From Lobosporangium transversale (taxonomy: Eukaryota): DNA of 64,000 nt. Below the pieces are notes generated by a model that saw only the letters and a list, made by a program, of their open reading frames with translations, made no database searches and was not told the origin of the DNA. The DNA is taken from positions 372,001 to 436,000 of the forward strand of contig NW_019029014.1 in the NCBI RefSeq assembly GCF_002105155.1, written 5' to 3'. Both the position numbers and the translations under genes were made by a program. Positions 52,474 through 64,000 of the stretch are shown piece by piece; the stretch's first letter is position 1, and every line of letters begins with the position of its first letter.

Positions 52474-53271
52474 CTATTCTATCTTCTTGGAAACTGGTTT
52501 TGAAAAGTAAAAGAGGTTGACAGAACGCAACCACTGTTTAGCAAGGATGAGCCACCAAGCGACATTCATAAGAAACATGGTAGTTGTAGTGATTGTATAT
52601 TTCTTGCCGATGTGAAAAGGAGCCTGGTACCAGGACATGCCCAACTTTGCGCCAATTGCAACACCCATCCACCAGTTCCCAAAGATTCTGCACCAAAAGT
52701 AAGTCACCAACAAAGCTGTGTCAATAAAACGCTTCAATTTTGAATTGTTAAATGTACGACCTCGACTCTGAAGAACCCAACGGAAGTGCAGGATTGGCGT
52801 GCTCATGTTCATAAGGGAGAGCATTCCGATGAAGTAGGGTCCTGGATTGTCGATCGTGAGTGCATACAGATAATAGACAGATCCAAGAATGACAGAGATA
52901 TGATGAAATAGAATCAAATTGCTCCCCACACCGAAACGTATACGTTGATAAAACTCAAATGCTGTATCTTGTGTAAGATAACCAAGTTCCAATCCAACTA
53001 AAAAGGGTGTCAATGGGGTCTTGTAAGTCGAGAGGTCGTTCTTGGTCCAGTCTACGGTCAAGAGGAGATAAAGGCCAGTGAAGGTCATGATGGTTGAATG
53101 TACAGAGGCAACAATCTTGTTGTACAAATGGTAGTGCTTTTGTGTATCAGCCTTGGGAGGCAGAATGTTCTTGACCCACCGTAGTCTGCCAAGGATAGTG
53201 AACAACAGCGGGTAGAGCGTCAGAGCTCCGATAAGTGATGGCGGAACATGTGGTGAAGTGAGAATGTCCAT
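52474..53271 (-). CDS. TLC-domain multi-pass membrane protein (TMEM56/TLCD-like)
   Basis: 265-aa intronless hydrophobic ORF with VASVHS, GYLTQD, LILFHH, MSTPILHFRW, TYFWCRI and LMNVAWW. Confidence 0.8.
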   Translation of the reverse strand: MDILTSPHVPPSLIGALTLYPLLFTILGRLRWVKNILPPKADTQKHYHLYNKIVASVHSTIMTFTGLYLLLTVDWTKNDLSTYKTPLTPFLVGLELGYLTQDTAFEFYQRIRFGVGSNLILFHHISVILGSVYYLYALTIDNPGPYFIGMLSLMNMSTPILHFRWVLQSRGRTFNNSKLKRFIDTALLVTYFWCRIFGNWWMGVAIGAKLGMSWYQAPFHIGKKYTITTTTMFLMNVAWWLILAKQWLRSVNLFYFSKPVSKKIE

Positions 53272-54308
53272 AGTTCCTAATCCAACAAGCGAAACAAACT
53301 AAGAGAAGTGTATTGTTATGAGAATAGGGTTGTTTGAGGAAGGGAAAAGAAGGAAGAAAGAAAGAAAGAGATGAAAGGAGAATGAAGGGTGTTAAAAAAA
53401 GAAACAAAGTAATGAAAGTGGAATGAGGTGATGCCGACAATGATGTTGATGAGATTTCTTAGGATAGTATCTTTTTGTGGAAAAAGACCAGCAAGTGGAG
53501 TCCAAGTAATCTGTTGACAATTAATATTTCAGTATTTTAGCTTACCAATTTGCAAAAATAATTTTTCTTTTGTAGTGGCGGACAAGCCATTTATCCGTTG
53601 AACAAGAACTCCGCCGTGTCCACAGCCTGAACCCCTTGGCATTCCACACATGGATATATAAATATATCTTGCACCTGCGGAATGATTTACTATTCTACCC
53701 TTTACCAGACAGAAAGGAATCTCAGATCGATGTCGTATCGCAGAAGATACAGTGAGGTCTTAATGAGAATCCATCTGATTGATGAATAAAAACAAGCGCA
53801 CCACCCCTTGTCTGTCCATTTTTCATGATGGCCAATGCCCCTTATTTGTTCCTTCCTTTGTTTTATTTTCTTTTTCCTCACAGATCAATCTTCTTCCCTT
53901 TTACCCCAATATATATTTGGGTTAAAAAAAATGCCTTGCGAGCCGATAAACTTTATTATAACGAAGTTATACACATTCCTCCTACATGTACGCAGTAGGG
54001 ATTGATTGATTACTTCTCTTCTCTCTCGATTAAACTGCCCTTTGGGTTTAGTTGTTACCGTCTATTGACAACTATACACTTCGCCTCTTGTTGAGAGGTC
54101 AAAATTCTTGAACATTGCCCTCGCAAGATCTTTTTCTTTATCGGGTTAATCACGTGAGTACAGACGTATATAAATAAGATTCAGATGCATCCAATGCGTT
54201 TCAAGTTTCAAGCTGCGCGGATCAATTCTTTTCTCCTTTGAGAAACTAATTCATCCACTTTGCTGTTGCATTTATACATCTCATTGTTTTATTTTATTTT
54301 ATCTTATA

Positions 54309-54607
54309 ATGCCTTCCTTCATTTACTGTTCAGAATGGTAAGGTTTTAGATGAAGTAAAATAATTGGTCAATATGAAGAGATCTGGTCATTTTTATTTAC
54401 TTTTCTATTTTAATTCTTATTGCTCGATTGGTTTAAAAGCAACAACTTGTTGTACCCGAGAGAAGATAGATCAAATCCAGATGTCCGAAGCAGGAGTTTG
54501 ATGTTCGCTTGCAGGAATTGTGACTACCAGGAGAAGGCTGACAATAATTGTGTTTACAGGAATGAAATTCTTCATGCACCAGCGTAATGTCAATATACAC
54601 TTAGCAG

Positions 54608-54640
<33 letters not shown>

Positions 54641-55017
54641 AGCGTGTTGTCAAGGAGGAAAAAAAAAAAAAAAAAAAGGATTCACTCTTTTGTTCTAACA
54701 TTGAAAATGATGAACTTGGGATTTTCTGATAGTGAACAAACTCTTCTCGTTCAGGATTTGAGCACCGATCCAACATTGGTAACCTTTGTTTTCTTTTTGT
54801 TTGACACGTCGTTTTGCATATTGTTCAAGGATAGAGTATTTTAACGCTTTCCTATCCAAACGGGGGGTACATATCCCAGCCACGAACTAGGACGAGATGC
54901 GCAAAATGTGGACACGAGGAAGCAGTGTTTTTCCAGGCTCAGGGCGGAGCAGAAATGAAGATGACATTGTTCTACATCTGTTGTAACAAAGCCTGTGGAC
55001 ATCGTTGGTTCTCATAA
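54309..55017 (+). CDS. RPB9: RNA polymerase II subunit RPB9; exons 54309-54337, 54440-54583, 54733-54778, 54880-55017
   Basis: Manual splicing gives [20 protein letters not shown]...[12 protein letters not shown]...[27 protein letters not shown]...[18 protein letters not shown], with two Zn ribbons and all GT-AG introns. Confidence 0.95.
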
Positions 55018-55449
55018 GCAATTCGAAGAAACTAGAGACAGAACGCAACAACAACAACAAAAAAAGCAAATGGCAGAGGCAGAGATAGAGTCAGAGGTAG
55101 AGGCAAACAGTCATTTTTCAATCCAGCTCGATCACCAAACTCTACTGTAACGGATTTTCTTTAGAAATATCAGAGCCTAAACCACCCACAACATTGATCA
55201 GCAATAATAAAGGGAAAAAAAAAAAAAAAAAAAATCCGTAAGAATATTGCAAACAGGAAAAAAGTCTAGATTGTGAATATAGAAGGGATGAAGAGACGAA
55301 TGGACGTAGTGTTCTCTATAGCAGACAAGTAATGTGCTCCTTGAGAATCCTTTCAAAAGCCTTTTTAGTTCTTTTGTTTTCTAATCATTTAATAGAAAGA
55401 AAACTAACGATATCAAAAAACATATCTAACATGACACACTTCCAGTCAA

Positions 55450-56730
55450 AATAATTTACTTCCTTAAAAGATATTTAATCCTCAGGATTCCATTGACTCT
55501 GAAGAAGTGTATGATGTTCCTTGACCTTATCTTCTCAGTCAACCTCATTTCGCGGTCCAAATTCAAGAAAAACATGGCTGTCTCAGCCGTCAACACTTTT
55601 CATTCTCGTTCACACCCCTCCTTAATGTTGTTGTATACGGCTGAGTCCAGACCTTTAAGCTTGAATTCGGTGTCCCAATATAGTTAATTGCCCTACAAAT
55701 TATACTTGTTAGTAACATGGCGCTCGTTCCATGAGATCATCAGTATGATATATAAACAAGTGCCAATCTACAAGAAGTTGTTTGTGCTCTTGGAAGCCAG
55801 CTTCGTAGTTATATCATTAACAACGCGTGCTGATTGGCACTTGACTTCCAAGAAAAGGCTCCAATATTCACTCCATCTACATCATACTCCTACTTTTCGA
55901 ATGCCTCGGGGTCGATATGAGGAGCTAGAGTGGTTGCCTTTGAGTCCTTGGATACACTAAAAGGAGCTGTGACCATAGATTATGATAGACAATGAGAAAA
56001 GGTCTTTAGCATAAAATGAAACGCAAACTGGAGATAATCGAAGATTGGTGGAACGTAATTAAAGTTTAATACATGCCTTCTTCCAGCATTTGTCGCAGCT
56101 ATGGCTTTGGACAACATTAGCAGCGGTATTGGCAGCGCAATAGGATATAATGCAAAGTAAGAAGAGGAACCAAACATTAAATAGCAGAGTAGTGGTGGAA
56201 GTTGCAGGTAATGCTAATCATGTTTAGTAAAATGCATCTGAAGGAACAGAGTAAATTCTGCTGCAAATCTGAACGTTTTCTGGGGTTAATGGCAATTTGT
56301 TTTTGAGGCGCTCTCCTCTTTTACATCCTAGTTCTACTTGAAACTGCCTGCGTAGCAGCAGCAACGAGCTCGTTTTCGCAGATAGTTGACTGCAAATTCA
56401 ACAAATGCTTATTTTAAATGAAGATGATCTTCTTTTAGTACCTGAAATAGGGTTACTCATAGTACGCAATAATGGCGGCAAATGATAGTATCCTGCCTTG
56501 ATTACAACCTCCTTCATGATGTCCTTTCGTTCTTGTGAGGAGGTTTTTGACAGCCGTTAGAACACGTTCATTTTTACCGACTCGTTTGATTGCCTCAATC
56601 GCTCCAAGACACCATTCTAAAGGCCATAAAGCCGGGCCATATTCAACTCATCAGAGAAGTCGGTCCAAGCCTTTAGCGTAATTTCACAAGTAGGTATTGA
56701 TTTCAAATACTCGGTTTGCTCTGCGTTCAT
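55450..56730 (-). pseudogene. Decayed gene of unknown family, copy A
   Basis: MNAEQTEYLKSIPTCEITLKAWTDFSDELNMARLYGL*NGVLERLRQS... with in-frame stops. Coding-like sequence continues to ~55450. Confidence 0.5.
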
Positions 56731-56999
56731 GATGACTCTAGCACTAAAGATCTAACCGGGTCTTTAGAGCTGTGAAATAGAGTTTTGAGCAAAGTTAGGT
56801 TTAGAAGATCGTGTTGTTGTCAAAGGAACAAAGGAGAGGAACATGAACTGCGCCAGCGCAGTAAAATACGAAAAGTATATAGGCCACGAAGAAAAGGGTG
56901 CTAATTTTTTTTACAAAAATATTTTCAGTTGAAACCACTAGCTCTTATGGGTGCATTCACGCCTTTTTTTTGAAATTTACCATCTTCAACAGTATTTCA

Positions 57000-57344
57000 C
57001 ACCTTATGAGGCTTCCAGACGTCCTTCAAAAGAGATGTAGCCGTCAGAATACCGTTGAATTGGAAGCAACATAAATCTTCAGAGTATTCGATGTTTCCCA
57101 GAAAACCTAGGCATTAGTTATGATCTACATTATAATATGTTTTTATCCTTGTGAAAGTTTTGGGATCCGTCAGAAACCGTCTTTTCTTTCCGGTTTGTCT
57201 GATCACCTCGAACCCTCCAAGATACCATTCCAGAGAGCATAAGGCTAGCTCATATCCAATTCATCAGAAGTTAACCCAAGCTTTGAGCGCAATGTTATGA
57301 GTAGGCGCCGGTTTTAAGTACTGAGCTGTGTCTTCGTCCATCAT
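57000..57344 (-). pseudogene. Decayed 5' fragment paralogous to copy A (copy B)
   Basis: MMDEDTAQYLKPAPTHNIALKAWVNF/DELDMS*PYALWNGILEG aligns by eye with the N-terminus of copy A. Confidence 0.55.
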
Positions 57345-58796
57345 GACTGAAGGAGGTTATGAAGTGAAAAAGTGGATGGTAAGGGAAAGTGAAGAATGAA
57401 GAAGAGTTGAAGGATAGGGGTTGATTTGGGTTTCATTTGGCTGTGCTCAACTGATGTTGAGCTAGTTCTATGTATCCGCCACTGATAGGCTGCTCCAGCA
57501 TGCTGGTCAAGGGATCAGCGCAGTGATTGTGCGTATCTGAAGCTGTACAGTCCATGCACATGTGTTATACGAGACACGCAATTATGATCCATTATTGTTA
57601 TTATATATATTAAAATATACCATTTTTTGGTGGCCTGGCTGCAAGGCTTGGAGCGAGTCGTTGGATAGGGGAATATGGAGTTTTAACGACTAAGTTTGCA
57701 GATAATTTGGGAAATCACAAGGAAAGGTTTAAATGCTGCGGCAGCGCCTATGAATTCGTGTTATATGTTTCATATCAAGTTTCAACAGAATGGCGACCCA
57801 TCTATATTGATCATAATGCCAGGTCAACTCTTTAAATTTCTCCTTTGACTACTATAACCACAGCCTCAACGACAAAAAAATGTCAGCATACCTCCTCCTC
57901 ACTAAGTCCAAGCCTTGTTCTGCGCACTCTTCCAGGGCACCGCTACAATGCTTCGCTTTTCTGATCCCCCATCCCGCAAATATTTCTTTAACTCTTTGGA
58001 CGAATTTATAATACCGGAGATTCGTCAATATATCGGCCGAGCATTGTTTATACCGGATAGTGAGTATGCTAACCATGGGCTTCAGATACAAAGCTTAGTC
58101 AGGAACTGATGAGGTCCGGTCTCGACGCGGCCCTACAGGCCAGAGCCCAGAGCCCCCTCTCTAGCCTCCAGGAGTCAAGAAATTCTACCTTGAATATCAT
58201 GCAGTTATGACACTTCACTGAATCACAAATCTGAAAAATCCTCAAGCCCTCGAAATAAAAGAGGAGGGCGTTTTTCCGGGCCTGGTTTTCTGCCCTGTGA
58301 GGAGGGAGATAGCAGCTCGTCGATTCTTAGCAGTTTTGAAGGCATCTGAATCCTTCCCAGGTCAACTCCTATCCCTGAAGCTGCTTACACAAAACCGGAG
58401 GATGTGAATAAATATACGATATTATTCAAGATGTCTTGCTGAACGAAAAAGCAGACAAAGGGAAAGAGGAAAGCACTCTTTGCATATTTCTGCAATCTAC
58501 GCCCTTTTTCTCATTGTGGATGCCATCATTGCCATGTAATACCATGTTGCACAAATTTCAATTTAAAAGAAATGAATGCAAGACAAATAGCCACAGTTTA
58601 GTGCCTGAAAGTTAAAATTCTTTAATATGTACAAATACATGCAAGCGAACTATGTAAATAAGATATGTATACAAATATAAGATCTATGAGTCTATAACTG
58701 GGGAATGGAGGAATGTGTAGAGGAGGAAGGGTCTCTACTATGGTAGGTCAAGAGGAGACGTAAGGGGATGTCATGTTGGACCAGCAACAGTGCACC

Positions 58797-58831
<35 letters not shown>

Positions 58832-58833
58832 CC

Positions 58834-59673
58834 TTATACTTTGTCCAAGCCGAGGTCGATACCCTTGTCACCAGCCCCTCCACCAAAGGCATAAAATCCA
58901 CTAGTATTTCGCTTCACTTCCTCCCGCTTAGGACCAGGGCCTCTCTCACGACCACCATCACCATCGGCATGAGTATCCTGTTTTTGTCCGCGCTGACGAA
59001 CATTGACAACTGTCATGTCCAGGGTAGGAAGCTTACCGCCGCTGACGCCTCTGATCTCAACATTAGCACAATGATGATAGAACTAAATGATTATAAAAAA
59101 TAAAAAGGAAATGTTAATTCTTCTTTTTTCCTTGTATTATTATTATTGTTATATTTTCCTCAAAAAAATTACCTGGTTGATCCGGTAAGCAGTCCATGAC
59201 ATTGCGAATAGACATTTGTTGGAATCTTTGCATGAGGGCGCGTTGTGGGGAATCTGAACTGGCCATCTGTAGTAGATGTCGGGGCAAGTCTCTGTATACT
59301 GTCCAATGACTTTCCAGGTTTTTCCACCATCGTACGACAATGAGAACTCACAAGCCCCCCCTCCATGACGTGCAGGCTTCACGTTACTGGGAGGAGGGAA
59401 TTTGTCATATGGCATTCCAAATGTCCAGAATTCAACGCCAATGGTTTGACCAGCATTGAGTTTCGTCACAGGTCCCTTCTTGTAACCTCCACAGGGAAAT
59501 TTTTTGCCTTCATAACCGATCCAAGCATGAACAGTGTTGCGGAGATCATCAGTCCAGGGACCAGCCTGACCACGAGGGTATGACATCGCAATATGTGCAG
59601 AAGCCGGTGTAAGAACTGAGAGAAGAGTTGAAGTAGCGATGAGGACGCTACTGAAGAGGGAGATGGCCTTCAT
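58834..59673 (-). CDS. Secreted AA11-like lytic polysaccharide monooxygenase, 2 exons
   Basis: Signal peptide ending ASA followed by His1 (HIAMSYPRG), then FPCGG, ARHGGGACEFSLSYD, CLFAMSW and Q|FYHHCANVEI, with a GPGP tail. Confidence 0.82.
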
Positions 59674-61351
59674 ATTCTCTAGTATGTGAGCCTAAAAAAA
59701 AAGGCAGTGATTTCTTTGTGGAGGAGATTTACTAGAGGAGTAATAGGAGAGGGAGAGATGTGAAGATTTGATGAATAACAGCAACAAAAAGAAAGGAAGA
59801 AAAAGAGGGACATGTCTGGGTTTTTATATGATTGCATCGAAGAAAGAAAAGCTTCCTAGAACGGACGGAACGTGGTAGAGGACAACGCGTTAGTGTGCTT
59901 CATTGTTTAATTTCAAGACAAGACAAGACAATAGACTACTTTTTACCCCTGGTTAGAGAAGTGGTTCTCACCACAATATGAAATAAAACTTTGATTTGGC
60001 GACGGAATCATAATTTTTTCCTTTTTGCATGTGGCTGATCTGATTGGGGCAGGTAACGACAACAGGAAAAAGTTCAACAGATTCAGGAACAGCGCACTTT
60101 ATCATCAAAGAAAAATCATTGGCAAGCGATCAATATCTAGATGCATGATGTATTATATATAATTACAGCTCTACAAATTCAATTTAATGATGGGGGTCCG
60201 AGTCATAGAGTCATAATGTAAACATTTCTCCTTTTCTAACCAAACCCTCTCTTTCTTTCTCCTGGTGCACAGACTTATCAGGCGCCAGAGGGTAAAAAAG
60301 AAATAATAAATTGGTTCATGATGAATGAAAATATAATAGGAAGAAAGAAATGTTCCTCAGCTCGATTTGATGGTTATCGAGTTCATTTCAAGTAGGCCAC
60401 AGTAACTATGGTCGTTCAATGTTGAAAATGACAAAAATATTCATTATTTGCTTTGATAGTTTCAATGCTTTTTTTTTTAAAGAAAAAAAAAGCAATTGCT
60501 TCTTGTAATATGGTTGGAGTGCGAACAAACAGAAATGGAATATAAGCATGAATCAAAACATTCTTCGCCAATTCCGTGATTTCAAAGGTCGGCATCTTCC
60601 TATTATTTGCCTGGAGACGTAAAAGAAGGCTGATTTGCCAAGCCCCCTTCCCCCCAAAAATCATGCCGCATGAATGCAGTGGCTAGCCTAATAGAAAGGC
60701 TTGTTTTACACTTTATTGGGGAGATTGCAGGCTGAAAGTCAAGAAGTGCATGACATGTGGATATTCCTCAACACTGGGGGACTGCATGGACAGATCATTC
60801 AGTTCGGAAAAATTGATTCGGTGGGACAAAAACTAAATGGACGTCCAGCCGCCCTGCATACATGCATAGCGTGGTAATTGCGTCTTGTACATTTTGCAAC
60901 TCTTTCCTTTTTTCCCTATGCTTAATCAAACCATACAACTTCCTCAAATCTTCAATGGCAAAACATCAAGGATGATTTTTTTTTTTTTTAAATTGCTAAT
61001 TAAAATATCTCAAGACCAATTTTCCTTTTTTCCGAACTTGGTCATGCTTACTTATGATCATTGTCTTCAATATATGTCAACAGGGAACCAACTTTGGCTA
61101 GATCAGACTAGACTAAGCAAAGTATATCCTTTCTAAAATTTGACTCAATTGTTAATAGAGATGGAAGTAAACTTCTCTTATCTTGGAACAATATATACAG
61201 TAGTATGCAAATATTATGTTGTATTTACATTACTGAATATGAATTTTCCCCTTTTTTGATTTCTCCTAAACTGTCGAAATGAGAATGGTTGCTCCTTATT
61301 CAAGGGTCCTAAGGTGTAACCCTGCTTTGTGTAGATGTGTGTATGTACAGT

Positions 61352-61548
61352 ATGCTTGCACAGATCCTTTTTCTTTCTTTCTGATGCTTTTACCGCTGCC
61401 TGATGATGCGCATGCAGCTCCAAATGTTCCCGTTGAGGAATGTGGCAATACAAACAACCCATGTACATGTACAACATGGGCGACATGTAATTTTAAACAA
61501 ATTTCGGCAAGGGGAAATGGAATGTGTAACAGATGTAAAGATCGATAG
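61352..61548 (+). other. Candidate small secreted cysteine-rich peptide gene (needs a 1-nt correction near 61375-61381)
   Basis: MLAQILFLS joins FLMLLPLPDDAHA-APNVPVEECGNTNNPCTCTTWATCNFKQISARGNGMCNRCKDR* if one base is added in a T/C-rich tract. Confidence 0.35.
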
Positions 61549-62078
61549 ATGCTCCTCTTAAGCTCTTGAGGTAAAGGATCTGTCCACAGTATAGTCAATG
61601 ACTAGTCATAATTGATCATATACACGTTCTTGCCTTTTAAAAAAACGGCCCTTCTCACATCTGCTTAAAGTTTGGAAACGAGAAGAGAAGGAAAGATTGG
61701 TTAGAGGCCTGCTATAATGCCAATTTATTAGTTAGCGCCTTCTCTTCCTAGATTTTTTGACCTGGGGTCTTGAGATGGATCTTTCCCTTCTTAGCTTTCT
61801 TTTTTATGTAGACTTGTACCTCGTTTACCATTGCACCTATGGTATCTTCTATTGTTCTACTGTATTCATCATATTCTGGTAATCCAATGGACATAAATAC
61901 CTGACATGGCCTTCCTCAGTTGCGCGAAGGAAGTTAGAGTTGACGCCATCACGAGATGTCAAAGCATAGTATAGGGCTGAAGAGGAAATAATAAAAATAG
62001 TAATGAAATATCCACTTTTTTTTATTAGTGATTATCTTTTTTCCATGGATATGAAACAATTTAACAAAGCTTCTTGAT

Positions 62079-63669
62079 TCAATATAATTTGGTGTAGATC
62101 GGCAATAGCGCCGACAATTGTACATGCTGACGGCATAAAGGACACTCAGGCTGATAGTTATTAATCCAAGTAATAAAGGTAAAAAATAAAAGGAAAATTA
62201 GATTATTGTTCTCATATCAATCATCGTATAAATTGTGCTAAACGTGATTTTTAAAAAAAGCCTTAGTTTTTTCTTTTTTTTACCTTGTTTTGACACCATT
62301 CACGAATACAAGTCCAACAAAACAAATGTCCACAGGGAGTTGCTGTCGTATTTGTCCGAGGGTCGAGACATAGTGTACATTTCCGGACATTGATCTCTGA
62401 TGTTGTCTGTGTGAAGTCGTCATTTTCTTCTTCCTCTTCTAATTGGTTTTGTGCTTGTACAGTAGCAGCAGTAGAGCCGGTAGCATTTTTTGAAGCAAGA
62501 GCTGCAGCTGCAGCTTTTTCTTGAGCTTCTGCAGCAATTCGTCTCCGCCATTGGAAGAACTGAATCACGAGTTGGATCACAATCAAGACTCCCAGGACTT
62601 CATAACCGGATCGCTCCTCTCCAGGTGACAACTTTCGATTAAAGATGTATCGGATCCCAGTAATGCGCTTTGAAAAACTGTAGTATGCACCAAAGAAGTA
62701 AAACACTGCCAAATGAGCTGAGTATCCATGGGTTTTGAATAAATTTTGTAAAGTTGGGAGCCAATCGTGAAGTACAGTCTTGAGCCGGGTCATCATAGCA
62801 GATGGTTCTTTCTTCTTTTCCAACTCTGATGAATCTGGTAAAGTCGCATCTAGGCGATGTCCTACTACGTGTCTTTGGTGATGCTGCTGTTGTTGAGGTC
62901 GCGTGCGTCTTCGAAGCTCTTGAGTCCCTTTGGAGTAGATGTATGGAATAAGCACGTGCCAAAAGATAAGAGCCGATCGACGCTGATCGTCAAAAAAAAA
63001 AAAAAAAATGCATATTAGAACTATCTTACATAAGAAGGTGCCTACTACAGATCTTTGTCTCTGCACTCTTCATTATCTTTATGAAGCAACATGAGACCTA
63101 CAGCCAGTGAAGGAAAAGTACCAGTGGAACTGTTGATCTGCATAATATCGCAATATTCCTCGCCCAAAGTCTGTGTTCCAAGAAGCGTCGTTAAAGAGTA
63201 ATAGCACAGATCTGAGAATACTTCGACTTCGGTTTGGTATTTGTGTTGCGTGCGGTTTCCAAATATCTCTCGAAAAGCATCCTTGACTTGATCCTTTAAG
63301 ATCTGTTGATAATAGGCATCTTTTTGGTTGGCGCGGACTTTTATTATATGAGGAGAAGGAGGGCATGCTTTTTTTTTAGTGATCTGGATACGCTGACAGG
63401 CAATGCAATAAAGAAAAGAGAATAAAAATAAAAATAAAAATAAAAAAGTCGTATTTGTTGATCCTTTTTAGCTTACTGATATCCGGTTGCGATGCACTTG
63501 GAAGTGCAAGGTTGAATTTAGGTGCCCGTGATGTGCTAGTATCTCCTTCTGTGGATGTAGGTGCAAGGACAGGTGCAGGTTGGGCAGGTGCAGGTTGGGC
63601 AGGTGCTGCTACTTCGAGCTGTGACCTGTCTGCGGAGTTTACGGGGTTTGACCCATTTGTGCTCGACAT
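62079..63669 (-). CDS. PEX10: Peroxisomal RING-finger peroxin Pex10, 4 exons
   Basis: ASQPDI|IRANQKD, TLGEEYCDI, HLAVFYFFGAYYSFSKRITGIRY and RING CTLCL...TPCGHLFCWTCIREW...PECPLCRQ. Confidence 0.95.
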
Positions 63670-64000
63670 TATGAAATGCTATCTTACAATTGATCTGTTT
63701 AGTGGATGGAGTTAAAGTAGAATGAAAGGATGAGCAAATAAAAGAGGAGACATGTAATAATAATTAATTGTAAAAATGGAGGACAAGCGGACCGGCACAC
63801 CGGAGGTATAATAACTTTCTGAAGAGAACAGTGAACCGTGAGTTGACGGGGAAGTTAAATGCATTGCGTTTATGGAAACTGAATATATTGCAAAAAAAAG
63901 GAATCGTGCAGCAAAAGGAAGGATAAGCCGTTAATAAAGACAGTCATAAAAGAAAATATACCAAAAGCGAGAAGGCCCCAAAGGTTAGTCACTACACTAA

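Noticed and set aside
57495..57506. CCAGCATGCTGG palindrome matching the hAT TIR unit core
   Set aside because: Single isolated 12-mer with no other TIR sequence around it.

Overview
This is eukaryotic, intron-rich fungal genomic DNA with very long poly(A)/poly(T) tracts. The gene content (WNK kinase, AP-4 epsilon, TBCK) points to an early-diverging fungus, probably Mortierellaceae (inference). Housekeeping genes in order: TBCK (3' part), ATG15, AP-4 epsilon, WNK kinase, RPL9, RPA43, an Atg31-like gene, Cdc25/Mih1 phosphatase, an ABCC transporter, a DUF1647-like membrane protein, tRNA-Lys(CTT), two tandem arrestin-like genes, two AA11-like LPMOs, methylcrotonoyl-CoA carboxylase alpha, a TLC-domain protein, RPB9 (four short exons, essentially missed by the ORF track) and PEX10. 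Accessory material comes in three blocks. (i) A 3.9-kb hAT-type transposon has unusually long (~360/400 bp) TIRs containing 21-bp palindromic arrays, no 8-bp TSD and a frameshifted transposase. (ii) An island at ~36.9-41.3 kb holds a tRNA-derived SINE-like element, LINE-like relics and the most striking feature: an intronless, signal-peptide-bearing gene resembling bacterial shufflon PilV pilus-tip adhesins, interrupted by one in-frame TGA at the conserved Trp. (iii) Decayed tandem paralogues lie at 55.4-57.4 kb. All family assignments come from manual motif recognition; no database searches were run.
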